Positions 39,368 to 49,798 of a stretch of 64,000 bases of DNA are shown piece after piece. Each line of letters opens with the position of its first letter. The stretch's first letter is position 1. The DNA is taken from the IMG/VR virus record IMGVR_UViG_2551306228_000004, positions 32,001 to 96,000 of that record; one strand, given 5' to 3'. Position numbers and translations under genes: made by a program. This DNA comes from a virus (Duplodnaviria; Caudoviricetes). A model generated the notes under the pieces. The model ran no database searches. It was not told the origin of the DNA and saw only the letters and a list, made by a program, of their open reading frames with translations.

Positions 39368-40756
39368 TTACAAATCTACCTCAGTCCCCTCTAAGAATTT
39401 TACACTTATCTGCCCATCTTCTGAAATTGTAATACTGTCCAATACCTGACACATCTCATACGAATCGAATTCCCAGGATGGCTTGTTTATCACTTCAGCC
39501 AACTTTGTACTATAATGCTTTTCTAGCGGACGATTTTCTTCTAGAATCTTATTCCACTTCCCATGCAACAGATCCACGTTCTCACTCAATAGTTCTACAG
39601 CCATTACTACGGCTTTCTCTAACGTTTCTTCATCAATATGGTTATTCTGACAGCCAATCTGTCCTTTGACCCTATATCGATTGTTACATTGCCAAACCTT
39701 GCGTTTACCTCGACTGGTGGTCCAGTTCTTTCGACCAAAGGCTGAACCACATTCTTTACAGAACACCTTAGTTGTAAAAGGGTTATCGTCATTTTGCATG
39801 ATATAGGACTTGAGCTGATGCTCCTCTCGGTAGGCTTTCCTCCTTGCCAATTCCAACTGTACTAATTCCCAAGTGTCTTTGTCAATAATAGCTTCATGGC
39901 TATTTTCTACATAGTATTGGTTAACTTGACCATCATTGGCAATCCGTTTCTTAGTCAAAAAATCAACTGTAAAAGTCTTTTGTAATAAGGCATCACCCTT
40001 ATACTTTTCATTTTGAAGCATTTTCTGTATTGCGCTTGGATACCAATTTGCCTTTCCCGTCCAACCAGGTATTTCATTGTCATTCAAATACTTAGCAATG
40101 GATTCAGGACTATACCCCTCTAAGAATTTCTCGTATATGTATTTTACAGTTTCAGCTTGCTGAGGGTTAATGATAAGCCTACCATTCTCATCCTTGTCAT
40201 AACCCATGAACTTTGTGGTATTCACCCGAACTTCCCCACATTCAAACTTCTTACGAATTCCCCACGTCGCATTCTCTGAGATAGAGCGTGACTCATCCTG
40301 TGCTAAGGAAGAAAGGATTGTAAGGAGAACTTCACCTTTGGAATCCAGGCTGTCAATATTCTCTTTCTCAAAAGTCACACCAACACCAAGTTCTTTCAAC
40401 TCTCGGACGTACTTAATGCAGTCAAGGGTGTTTCTGGCAAAGCGACTGATCGACTTGACCAAAATCCTATCCACCTTACCAGCCTTACAATCTTGTATCA
40501 AGCGATTAAAAGCATCACGTTTTTTGGTATTGGTTGCTGAGATGCCCTCATCCGCATAGATGTCAACTAACTCATAGTCCTCGTGTTTGGAGATAAACTC
40601 TCTGTAATAATTAACTTGGTTTTCATAACTTGATAGCTGTTCTTCTTGGTCGGTGGACACTCGACAATATGCGGCTACTTTGATTTTCTTCCTGACCTGA
40701 TGAAGAACGCTGGTCTGCACTTTCTTGGCCGGAATAACTGTAATACTTTTCCCCAT
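39368..40756 (-). CDS. Large serine recombinase
   Basis: AYCRVST, DEGISA, KSISRFARN, recombinase domain, Zn ribbon CKECG. Confidence 0.92.
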   Translation of the reverse strand: MGKSITVIPAKKVQTSVLHQVRKKIKVAAYCRVSTDQEEQLSSYENQVNYYREFISKHEDYELVDIYADEGISATNTKKRDAFNRLIQDCKAGKVDRILVKSISRFARNTLDCIKYVRELKELGVGVTFEKENIDSLDSKGEVLLTILSSLAQDESRSISENATWGIRKKFECGEVRVNTTKFMGYDKDENGRLIINPQQAETVKYIYEKFLEGYSPESIAKYLNDNEIPGWTGKANWYPSAIQKMLQNEKYKGDALLQKTFTVDFLTKKRIANDGQVNQYYVENSHEAIIDKDTWELVQLELARRKAYREEHQLKSYIMQNDDNPFTTKVFCKECGSAFGRKNWTTSRGKRKVWQCNNRYRVKGQIGCQNNHIDEETLEKAVVMAVELLSENVDLLHGKWNKILEENRPLEKHYSTKLAEVINKPSWEFDSYEMCQVLDSITISEDGQISVKFLEGTEVDL

Positions 40757-41864
40757 TTCTATCCCTTTCTAATACTGTAATTGGTGAGGTTATCTCCCAA
40801 TTTGAAATGTCTACTTCTGGCACTCGCATCCCTCGACAAGCTACTTTTCCCTCTTTTATATACTTGGAACAGCACCAAACAATTTTTTTCTTATAAGAAA
40901 CTTGTCTCTTTAATGTTGAACCACAATGCTGACATTTTAACAAACCTGTAAATTTATAGGTTTTGTTTCTACCTTGTTGCCATCTTCTACTATTTAATTT
41001 GTCCTGAACTGCTTGCCAATCTTCTTTTGAAATAATGGCTTCATGATTATCTTCAATCAAGTATTGTTCAAGTTCGCCTTGGTTCAATTTTTTAGGACCA
41101 TTCACACCATCATGGAAATACTTCTGCAGTAAGACTGAACCTTTGTATTTTTCATTGCTTAACATTTGACGGATCGTGGTATCATGCCATTTAGCACCTG
41201 TGACAGTCGCAACTCCCTTTTCATTTAACTGTTTGGCAATGCGATGTGTACCATTTCCTGCAAGGTAAAGTGCAAATATTTCCCTTACTATTAAGGCTTC
41301 TTCAGGATTGATAATCAACTCACCGTTTTCGTCAACATCGTATCCTAAGAATCGCTTGGTGTTAATGACCAGCTCTCCTCGTTGGAATTTCTTCTGAAAA
41401 GCCCAACGTTGATTGCCACTCATACTCCTTAACTCGTCCTCTGCAATACTCGCTAATACTGAAAGCATCACTTCCCCCTCACTTGAAAGGGTATGAATGT
41501 TTTGCTCCTCAAAGAATATGTCTACTCCTATCGCTTTCAGTTCACGACTAATTTCAAGAACTGTAACCGTGTTTCTGGCAAAGCGTGCAATTGACTTGGT
41601 ATGAATAACATCAATCTTACCTCTACGACAATCTTCAATCATTGCTTGAAAATTTGGACGATTATCCTTAGAACCAGATATACCTCTGTCATGATAAACA
41701 CCTATAAAATCAATATCGTCTCTATTGGAATACAGGTTTTCAAAATACTGCTTCTGATTTTCTAATGAATCTAACTGACTTCCATTGGTCGTCGAAACTC
41801 GAATGTAGGCACAGACCCTCTTCCTATGTTTTTGTCTATTGACTCTAATCTTCTTTACGGACAT
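40623..41864 (-). CDS. Large serine recombinase
   Basis: AYIRVST, DRGISG, KSIARFARN, Zn ribbon CQHCG. Confidence 0.92.
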   Translation of the reverse strand: MSVKKIRVNRQKHRKRVCAYIRVSTTNGSQLDSLENQKQYFENLYSNRDDIDFIGVYHDRGISGSKDNRPNFQAMIEDCRRGKIDVIHTKSIARFARNTVTVLEISRELKAIGVDIFFEEQNIHTLSSEGEVMLSVLASIAEDELRSMSGNQRWAFQKKFQRGELVINTKRFLGYDVDENGELIINPEEALIVREIFALYLAGNGTHRIAKQLNEKGVATVTGAKWHDTTIRQMLSNEKYKGSVLLQKYFHDGVNGPKKLNQGELEQYLIEDNHEAIISKEDWQAVQDKLNSRRWQQGRNKTYKFTGLLKCQHCGSTLKRQVSYKKKIVWCCSKYIKEGKVACRGMRVPEVDISNWEITSPITVLERDRNGEKYYSYSGQESADQRSSSGQEENQSSRILSSVHRPRRTAIKL

Positions 41865-42086
41865 TTACTCTCCTTCCTATGTAATGGCACACTATATATC
41901 ACTCTAAAAAGGATATTAGTCAAGTTATCAGACAAACTAATTCGACCTGATAAATTTATGCCATAGTTCATGGAATACAAATATTCCTCCTACTTTACTA
42001 GGTAGGTTTGGGAGCGATTTTTCCGCGCTTTTTGAAAAAAAGGCAAAAAAATAAAGCCTGATGTTCCCACCAGGCTTATATCTTAA

Positions 42087-43556
42087 TTATGAAATTCTAA
42101 ACCAACCAACAACTTTACCAAGTTTAACTGTTCCAGTAGAATCGTAGAGTGAGCCATCCGCCATCCATTGACGTTTCACACGACGAGTGATACCACCGCC
42201 ACCAATTTCCAATTGGTCATTGATTCCGTTCTTATTATGGTCAGAATATCCATCAATATTCTGTTCCACACCATCAATACTTTTTCCATCTGAATCCGTC
42301 ACACAGACACCAATGTGACCATATACCAAACCAGCCGTCTGAATGACATAAAAATCACCTGCTTTAGGATTCACACCCCAAGCATCGTAGATTACTTGAA
42401 AACCATTTGATTTTGCTTTCTTCAAACAATCAATGGCGTTAGTATAGGACATATTCTTGTCCGTAAGTTCTTGAACAATCTTATCCACCAAGGCAACACA
42501 CTGTCCGCCATAAGGGTTAGATGGAACAGTCACCTTTTGACCGACCTTAGATAAAGCTGACGCAACCACACGACTGGCAACACTGGTTGGAATAGCGGTT
42601 GTTGTCCTTGAAGCTGCGTTGACCTTTAGAGTTTGTCCAACTCTTAAAATATCCGTCTTCTTCAAGCCATTTAACGCAAGAAGAGCATCTACTGATAGAC
42701 CAAACTTCCGAGCGATTCCATAATACGTATCGCCTTTCTGTGCTTGATAGGTCTGCTCACTATGGCCTTTAGTTGTTCCTTCTACATCCTGCTCAAGCAC
42801 CCATGACTTGATTCCATCAAGTAGATAAGCTCTCTTACTGTTGGACTGGTGAACATTCTTCACTTGGATGATTTTGTAGGTTCGCCCCTTGACCCAGTTG
42901 GCAATTTTCTGACCAGTCTGATAATGAGTCGCATGAGGCAACACCCTAAGACTATCACCAACAAGATAGATTGGTTTTGAAGGAGTTCCTGAACTCCCAA
43001 CGGTTGAACTGGGGGGCGAGGGAACTATTGTCTTGACTTCAACTCCTGTTATAGCTGATACAAGACCTCTCGCAATGTCCTCTTTCTTGTTTTCAAAAAT
43101 CGCCATATCTTGTTCATTATCAATGAAGGCAATCTCCACCAAACGGTAGGTATATCCACGGCTCGCTGCTTGGTTGGCATTATAGAGCCAATCTACCTTC
43201 TTAATACCACGATTTTGAAAGTATCGTGAAAGGAGAGATAGGATAGCCATATCTTCCTTATCTGCTTCTAAGGAGGATTGAATTAAGACTTCTGTTCCTT
43301 TGGCACTACCATTAAAGGCATTGAAGTGCAATTCAGTAATCGAGTCGTATCCCTTACCAATACTAGTAATACTCCGATAATCATAAACATTTTGTTCGGT
43401 AATAAAATCAATCTGTTGTCCACTGTACTTAGACATTAACTTGGCTAATTCTCGAACCTTTCCTGCTTCTGTGATGCCTAGTTTGGCATTCACTGCTCCA
43501 GGATCATAGCCTGTTCGCCCCTGTCCATGACCACAAATGACTAGATGTTTTCCCAT
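42087..43556 (-). CDS. Endolysin: Amidase_3 + SH3-like + LysM + CHAP
   Basis: CGHG...E...ELHFNA...VEIAFID amidase; YQAQKGDTYYGIARKFG LysM; GQCV...GHIG...EQN CHAP. Confidence 0.88.
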   Translation of the reverse strand: MGKHLVICGHGQGRTGYDPGAVNAKLGITEAGKVRELAKLMSKYSGQQIDFITEQNVYDYRSITSIGKGYDSITELHFNAFNGSAKGTEVLIQSSLEADKEDMAILSLLSRYFQNRGIKKVDWLYNANQAASRGYTYRLVEIAFIDNEQDMAIFENKKEDIARGLVSAITGVEVKTIVPSPPSSTVGSSGTPSKPIYLVGDSLRVLPHATHYQTGQKIANWVKGRTYKIIQVKNVHQSNSKRAYLLDGIKSWVLEQDVEGTTKGHSEQTYQAQKGDTYYGIARKFGLSVDALLALNGLKKTDILRVGQTLKVNAASRTTTAIPTSVASRVVASALSKVGQKVTVPSNPYGGQCVALVDKIVQELTDKNMSYTNAIDCLKKAKSNGFQVIYDAWGVNPKAGDFYVIQTAGLVYGHIGVCVTDSDGKSIDGVEQNIDGYSDHNKNGINDQLEIGGGGITRRVKRQWMADGSLYDSTGTVKLGKVVGWFRIS

Positions 43557-43562
43557 ATCTTA

Positions 43563-43958
43563 TCACCTCTCGTTGATTTGTTTTAAGATTGCTTGTAGTT
43601 TCTCAGGAATTGGTAGACCAATTCTCACGGTATTTTCTAGAATACTTAACCCCTCATTACTGAGATAAAAGAAAATGACCATGGTTCGAATTGTTCCACC
43701 CTGCTTGATAATAGTTGTATCAATCAGATGACCTAGTGAAACTAAAAATATAATGGCTATCTTTTTAAAGATGCCACGAAAACCAATACTACTAGACAAT
43801 TGTTTCTCTACAACCGCCGCAAAAATTCCTGTTAGATAGTCAATAATAATGAAGACAAGTAGGGCATATAGAATACCATCCAACTCTCCAAATAGACTAC
43901 CAATCAAGCCTCCAATCATGGAAAATAACATCTTATTAAGAGTTAACAGTTCCTTCAT
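43563..43958 (-). CDS. Phage holin
   Basis: DYLTG...SSIGFRGIFKK...NEGLSILEN..GLPIP signature. Confidence 0.9.
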   Translation of the reverse strand: MKELLTLNKMLFSMIGGLIGSLFGELDGILYALLVFIIIDYLTGIFAAVVEKQLSSSIGFRGIFKKIAIIFLVSLGHLIDTTIIKQGGTIRTMVIFFYLSNEGLSILENTVRIGLPIPEKLQAILKQINER

Positions 43959-44304
43959 CGGTCACCTCACTTTCTACTGGACCTTCCTGCACAATGGTAG
44001 GGTCTGACCAATCTGGTTGACCGTTCTCATCAAACCGCATCAGATAGAAACAATCATGGAATAAATCAGAAAGATTCAGAGTTAATGTAGTGCTGCCCCA
44101 CTGATTAAAGGCCCAAACCGTTTCTGTTGTAACCAGCTGCCGCTTTCCATTTTTAATGGCAGGTCGCCTTACTTCTTCAAGATACATGTAAAAATCCTGC
44201 TCTGCTGTTTTACAACGTATGAACTCTCCATTCTTACGCATGTAAACGAGAGCTGTTTCCAAATCAAATGGTTCTGTTACTTTGTCAATATTGAGAAGTG
44301 CCAT
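43936..44304 (-). CDS. Phage hypothetical protein
   Basis: 122-aa ORF between the tail and holin genes. Confidence 0.7.
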   Translation of the reverse strand: MALLNIDKVTEPFDLETALVYMRKNGEFIRCKTAEQDFYMYLEEVRRPAIKNGKRQLVTTETVWAFNQWGSTTLTLNLSDLFHDCFYLMRFDENGQPDWSDPTIVQEGPVESEVTDEGTVNS

Positions 44305-44309
44305 AATAA

Positions 44310-44516
44310 CTATTCCCCTTTCCCTTCTTCAGGTTTTGTCTGAACTTCTAACAGTTCTGTCAATTCCTGTTTTTCTTTACGCAATAGGCTAAGTTCCTCA
44401 TCCCTTTCCACTAGTTGGATGGCAATGAGGTTCTTAGCGGTGATTTCATCAGATAGCTTGGTCACAAGCTCTTGGATAGTTAGTTTTAGTGATTGGTTGA
44501 TTTGTTCTAGATTCAT
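44310..44516 (-). CDS. Phage coiled-coil hypothetical protein
   Basis: 68 aa, AAGGAG RBS. Confidence 0.7.
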   Translation of the reverse strand: MNLEQINQSLKLTIQELVTKLSDEITAKNLIAIQLVERDEELSLLRKEKQELTELLEVQTKPEEGKGE

Positions 44517-44528
44517 CTGTGAACTCCT

Positions 44529-47500
44529 TTATTTAATCGTATCCCATGTCAAGATGACGTCACCTCGACCAGTGATGTTTACTAAGTGTTTAAAATTGTG
44601 GTTGAATTGATGGAGAACATCTTTCAAACTGACGTAGGTTGTACCGTTTCGATAGATGCGGATATCTCCGATATTCAAAATTGAACTTGGTCGATCAGAT
44701 GCTTTAAAGGCATCAATACTCAGTCGGTTAGGCAACGTTACTATTTCCCAGCCATCTGGATTGGTATATGGAGCACTGGCCAAACGAACCTTATCACCTA
44801 CCACATCAATTTGGTCGGTATCTGTACCGTTCCATGCTCGAATTCCTACAAAACCACCGTCATTGGCATTCCAGTTGTTCCATCGATTGGAACCGATAAT
44901 GGTTACACCACATGGCTTACCGTTTGAGGTACCTGTTTCAAATGAAACCCATTGGTGGGGATAGCCACTAACCTCACGAGAAATGGATGGAGAGTTTGTA
45001 AAGAATTTGATGTTTCCAAGTGATAAATTGATTTTCATAGCTCCGTTGATTGCTGACAAGATTCCACCAGAAATTTTGTTGGCAGATAGGGTTATTGACT
45101 GCACTTGGGTTATAAAGGCTGATTTGGCAAACAACTGCTTGAGATAGGCTTCTGTTGCCATAAACTTGGTAAAGAAAGCTTGGTCAACCTTTAACTTATC
45201 CGCAGTGATTGCTTCTGCTCCAATTCGAGCTGCAGTGATAATACCTGTCGTAATCTTGCCTGCATCAAGACTTGCAATCTTACCACTTGAGATGACACCC
45301 TCTTGGATATAGGTAGTTCCTGTAATTTGGACGAGTTTTCCATCGATTTTGACTGTGCCATCCTTATTGAGATTGAGCTGACTCAGGACTGTTCCTGCAC
45401 TGGTCAAATTTCGAACCGACCACGACCCTGCAAGAGTTGAAACTTGAGTTTGAATGGCATTGACGGCAGCCGTTGTCGCTCGACTTGTTTCTAGATTGCC
45501 AACTCGTGTCACAATCCCAGTAGCCGTTTGAACAACCTGACTGATTTGATTGGTGTGATCTCCAATTGTTCGAGTGTGACTGCTTACAGTATCCCGCACT
45601 TCATGAAAGGCGGTTACAGTCGTAAAGTCATCTAATGACGGTGTCCAATAGTCTGGAAAAATATCACCAGTTGATACCATTAAGGCTCTCACATGGAACT
45701 TACCAGTCTTAACCCCATCAACTCTGACTTGAAGTTCAAATCCTTTAGAGTGTTGGTACATCTCTTGAGTGACAGTGGCGGTCAGTTTTATCAAGCGATA
45801 GTTGTTACCCGTCGTCAGATTACTGCTCCATTTATTATAGAAAGGGTGATACAAATTCCAGTTAGTCCATGTCCAAGCATTTTGATTATCCAAAATTGGA
45901 CCTTGAAGTTTCATAGTACGAGTCGTCACAGCAGGGTCAAAGGTAATCTCATCCGCTGAGATATGAACATATAAATGCACTTTCGACCCAACATATATAC
46001 CGCTTCCATCTCCAAATTGCACCCTTCCTAAAGAGGCTATCCAGTTGCTATTGGCATTTATCGTCTGATAAGTACCCCATCTATCCGAAGTACCAGCTAT
46101 CAAGTTGCGATGCGAAACTGATGAAGGGATTCTGCTTTCCGTTTGACTGATTCGTTGAGTAAAACTATCAGAGGTGGTTCTAACCAAATTCTGCACACTA
46201 GTTGTTGTCGCATAGGGTTGTAGTGAACTGCTGGTTAGATAACCACGACCCGTTATATTGGAATCAACCTGAGACTTGGTTTGGTAGCCTTTTGAGTTAA
46301 TGGCAGATTCAACTTGCGTACTTGTTAGTCGTTGTTCAATTTGCCCAGCCTGTGTTCGGATAGTGGTTTCTGCACTTGCTATTCGACCGCTCAAGCTATT
46401 AAAATCAGTCTTTGCGACTTTCTGTGAGATGGCGTCATTGGCAATCCTTAATTCTGCCTTGGTTTGGGTAATCTGATTTGCGTTTGTATTGGCCTTAGCC
46501 AAGGCATTGTCAGCGGTTGTTTTGACCCCTTCAAGAACGGTCTTATCAGCCTTAAGCAAGATAGATTGTTGCGTCTGTTGGATGGATGTAGTATGTCCCT
46601 CAACAGTTCGTTTCAAGTGATTGAAATCCGTTTGACTAACCTTTGAGGATACATCCGAAACTAATTGGCGAATCTGTGTCTCGCTACTAGAAATCTTTCC
46701 ATTTGCCTCAGTTAATCTTGTAGAAACCTGCTCTACACCAGAAGCCGTTTGAGTGATGAGTGTCCGTTGGGTGTTCAATTCACCAGCAATATCTGCTGGA
46801 TTTTCTGAATAGCCTGTGTCTAGTGAGGTCTTTGCGACTTTCAATCCTGCCACATAGAATTTATTGCCATTTGGGATAGTGCTGCCATTGTACTCTGTCC
46901 GAAATTGGAGTGATCCATCAGATAAGACATGAACTGTTTTCCAGTAGCGTTTCCAGTCACTTGTGACAGATATGATATCATCAGATTCTCTCACTCTTGC
47001 GACTGGAGCACGATAGACACTCGAACCAGTCCAAACAGATGAGACTTTAATGGAGGAGAGAGGTTGATTAGCTCTAGCATAAAAGCTAAAGGTTATAACA
47101 TCTCCTGCTTTCACAACAATATTCTGATGACTTCCGTTATAACCCGCTTGGGTAGAGCGAACTACCAGTCCTCTGAAATTCTCTGTTTCGGTAAACCAGT
47201 TGTTCCCTAAATGCCAGGCATTTCCTCTATTCGACCAATCGCGAGTACCAGTCATCAAATTTAGACCATCTAGGCTAGTTGGAATTTTCGCATCCACCTG
47301 ACTGATTTCAGTTGTTATGCGATTCCCCAATTGCGTAATCGAGGACTCGGCAGTTTCGATTCTCTGTTTTGCTTGGTTAAAATCGCTAGTCTTTACTCGC
47401 TGAGAAATTTGGTCTGCTTGTACTTGAATCATGGATTCTGCACCGGTTACTCGACCAGTCAGACTATCCACCAGTTGCTTACTCGCAAGAAGTTTTATAT

Positions 47501-49076
47501 CCTCCTTGGTTTGCGAGAGATTGGTACTGACAGTAGCCAACTGTCCACTTAATAGTGATTTTGCTACATCAACCAATCGACTAGCTTCAGTGATAGCTTG
47601 TGATTTCGCTGTCGCAATCTTTGACTCTGTTTGACTACGCTCCGTTGAAGTCAGGCGGTTAGCTTCTTGAATAGCATCAAGCTTGGCTTGTTCTGCCCTC
47701 CTGAGGGCTTCAGTTGCCCCAGTTTGAGCCTGTTCTGCTTTTTGTTTGGCTTCTGTAGCTAGGTTGGTGTTTACCCCAGCCTTTTCCAATAATTCACGAG
47801 TTGTGCGTTGCTGCTCCTCTTCCTGCTGCCGCATCTGTTGGTGAATAGAAGTAAGTTCATTATCAATGCTGGCCTTTAATCGATCCGCATAAACCTCCCC
47901 ATGACTTTGAGCCTGTTCTATAGCGTTATCGATGGCTACTTGACGTTTCTCAAATTCCGCATCAAATGCTCTATTGGCATTCTCAAGGGCAATTTCAACG
48001 GCAACATCCTCACTCCGCTTATTCCCATCAAGGAGATTATTTACTAGGGTAGTCAAGCTACCGCCAGTTTTACCTGTACCAATACCTGCCTTATCATCAA
48101 ATGTGATAGAGCGGTAATTCTTAGCTAAAGGATCATAATCATAAGCTATGGCTTTCTTCCTAACATCAATCCCGTGTAGCTTGCTTTTTAAAGTCACTGT
48201 ATCGCCTAGATGAACCGTTTGACCATCTAACTCAAATGCCTCAATGATGATGGCATCTTTTGGTTTATCAATTCCCTCTAAGCGAAACTTGCTACTAGCC
48301 CACTCTATTAACTCTTGACGAGTTCTGACGCTATTATTTGTATAGGTCACTTCATTGATGAAAGGATAGAAGTTAATCAACGGACTATCTACAGTGACTT
48401 GAAGTACAGTCTCCCTATCCTCCCCCTCTTGTTTGAAACTTGAAGTGGCATGGATACGAGTGATAACCTGTGAACTTTCTTTGGTTCGTTGATACTTTTT
48501 CAAATTGTAGTGAGTAGAGATAACAACTCCACGGTCTTGTCCTCGCTCACTTTTAATTGATAGGGCAAGGTTATCTCGAACCAATTCTCCCTCCCAAGTT
48601 CCAAGGATAGAGTGTTTACCATCCAGTAGTGTGGAGTAAAGCGTCTGTTCCTTGTCTGTTGTATAGGTTCTGTTCTTGACAATATCACTTGTAAAAGAAA
48701 AATCTCCCAGTGGAGACTTGCTCGCCATGACTAGAGAAGAGAGAGCTGTTGCACAGGCAACTTGTTCACAAGAAAAAGGAGAAATAATTCTAGTCATGAC
48801 ATCATCTGAAATATGATAAGCTGTCACTTCTAGAGTTGAATCACCTTCAATAATTTTCTTGATTCGAAACAACTGGTGTCCTAATACTGGTACTGGACTT
48901 CGAACCAAATAATCCTCTTTAACCTCACGATACAAACCACTATCCGTAATTGGATAGGTAAAGGTCAAAACAAAATCCCCATTCAAGGTTTCCTTGACAC
49001 TTGCCTTAATGGTTTCAGGAAGTGGTTTTCCATGCCATTTTGCCGTTCGAACAGTTTTGTCCAATAATGATAACAC
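44529..49076 (-). CDS. Tal / tail spike host-specificity protein
   Basis: N-terminal phage endopeptidase-like domain (GTWEGELVRDN), long coiled coils, two CBM-like inserts, KIDGKLVQITG and ITADKL repeats. Confidence 0.85.
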   Translation of the reverse strand: MLSLLDKTVRTAKWHGKPLPETIKASVKETLNGDFVLTFTYPITDSGLYREVKEDYLVRSPVPVLGHQLFRIKKIIEGDSTLEVTAYHISDDVMTRIISPFSCEQVACATALSSLVMASKSPLGDFSFTSDIVKNRTYTTDKEQTLYSTLLDGKHSILGTWEGELVRDNLALSIKSERGQDRGVVISTHYNLKKYQRTKESSQVITRIHATSSFKQEGEDRETVLQVTVDSPLINFYPFINEVTYTNNSVRTRQELIEWASSKFRLEGIDKPKDAIIIEAFELDGQTVHLGDTVTLKSKLHGIDVRKKAIAYDYDPLAKNYRSITFDDKAGIGTGKTGGSLTTLVNNLLDGNKRSEDVAVEIALENANRAFDAEFEKRQVAIDNAIEQAQSHGEVYADRLKASIDNELTSIHQQMRQQEEEQQRTTRELLEKAGVNTNLATEAKQKAEQAQTGATEALRRAEQAKLDAIQEANRLTSTERSQTESKIATAKSQAITEASRLVDVAKSLLSGQLATVSTNLSQTKEDIKLLASKQLVDSLTGRVTGAESMIQVQADQISQRVKTSDFNQAKQRIETAESSITQLGNRITTEISQVDAKIPTSLDGLNLMTGTRDWSNRGNAWHLGNNWFTETENFRGLVVRSTQAGYNGSHQNIVVKAGDVITFSFYARANQPLSSIKVSSVWTGSSVYRAPVARVRESDDIISVTSDWKRYWKTVHVLSDGSLQFRTEYNGSTIPNGNKFYVAGLKVAKTSLDTGYSENPADIAGELNTQRTLITQTASGVEQVSTRLTEANGKISSSETQIRQLVSDVSSKVSQTDFNHLKRTVEGHTTSIQQTQQSILLKADKTVLEGVKTTADNALAKANTNANQITQTKAELRIANDAISQKVAKTDFNSLSGRIASAETTIRTQAGQIEQRLTSTQVESAINSKGYQTKSQVDSNITGRGYLTSSSLQPYATTTSVQNLVRTTSDSFTQRISQTESRIPSSVSHRNLIAGTSDRWGTYQTINANSNWIASLGRVQFGDGSGIYVGSKVHLYVHISADEITFDPAVTTRTMKLQGPILDNQNAWTWTNWNLYHPFYNKWSSNLTTGNNYRLIKLTATVTQEMYQHSKGFELQVRVDGVKTGKFHVRALMVSTGDIFPDYWTPSLDDFTTVTAFHEVRDTVSSHTRTIGDHTNQISQVVQTATGIVTRVGNLETSRATTAAVNAIQTQVSTLAGSWSVRNLTSAGTVLSQLNLNKDGTVKIDGKLVQITGTTYIQEGVISSGKIASLDAGKITTGIITAARIGAEAITADKLKVDQAFFTKFMATEAYLKQLFAKSAFITQVQSITLSANKISGGILSAINGAMKINLSLGNIKFFTNSPSISREVSGYPHQWVSFETGTSNGKPCGVTIIGSNRWNNWNANDGGFVGIRAWNGTDTDQIDVVGDKVRLASAPYTNPDGWEIVTLPNRLSIDAFKASDRPSSILNIGDIRIYRNGTTYVSLKDVLHQFNHNFKHLVNITGRGDVILTWDTIK

Positions 49077-49798
49077 TAAGCCCACCCCCAATTCATTTCT
49101 ATTGTTAATGATGTGATGCCAGCACCTAAGACAACTCCAACCGAGTCATTTCTGGCCGCATCAATGGAAATAAAATCGCCAGACCATTTTACAGGCTGAC
49201 CTCTTTGTGTCTTAAAACTTGGCTGACTAGGATTATTATCCATAATGAGTGTTTCTTGTAATCGCTCCAAGCGTATGACATCATCCCCAATCGTAAAGCT
49301 AGTTTCACTAGTCGAGTTGCCACTTATGGTAATCTTCGGAAAAGCAATGGCTGAACCTTGACTTCTCAAAGTACCACTAGTCCTAAACACCTGCGAGGTC
49401 GTCGTTTTGAACCACTTGGTTGGGTGACAAGAAAATGTAACCTTAAACTCATACACCCCCAGCTTATCCTTTTGAACTGGAGTATGGTGTACCTTGTAAC
49501 ACCAAAAACGTATGGTCTTGAAACTAGCGTTCTCAAGCCAAAATCCTTCTTTCAAAAATAGCTTCAAAAAGGATAATAACTGTTCTTCACTAGGTTTTAC
49601 AAGATAGAGGGTGTAGATCAGTTCCATGACACTTCTGCGAGGATTGGTTTGAAGAACCGCTCCTGACAGGCCTTGGTGTTCTATCAATTGCGTCTTACTT
49701 TCACTTACTGTGATTGAAGGACTATCTTCCACGATTACCTTAAAAGGAAAAGAACTCGTGGACACTCCACCAATGGTTAATGCATTATGTCTAATCAT
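49076..49798 (-). CDS. Distal tail protein (Dit)
   Basis: Between TMP and Tal; VTFSCHP motif. Confidence 0.8.
   Translation of the reverse strand: MIRHNALTIGGVSTSSFPFKVIVEDSPSITVSESKTQLIEHQGLSGAVLQTNPRRSVMELIYTLYLVKPSEEQLLSFLKLFLKEGFWLENASFKTIRFWCYKVHHTPVQKDKLGVYEFKVTFSCHPTKWFKTTTSQVFRTSGTLRSQGSAIAFPKITISGNSTSETSFTIGDDVIRLERLQETLIMDNNPSQPSFKTQRGQPVKWSGDFISIDAARNDSVGVVLGAGITSLTIEMNWGWA

Noticed and set aside
41860-41990. Possible ~41-aa TTG-start ORF (directionality factor) upstream of the recombinases
   Set aside because: An AGGAGG is present but the peptide is unrecognisable and overlaps a likely promoter; support is insufficient.
44529-49076. Diversity-generating retroelement or invertible shufflon in the tail gene
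   Set aside because: No duplicated template/variable repeat, inverted cassette or adjacent RT/invertase was seen.
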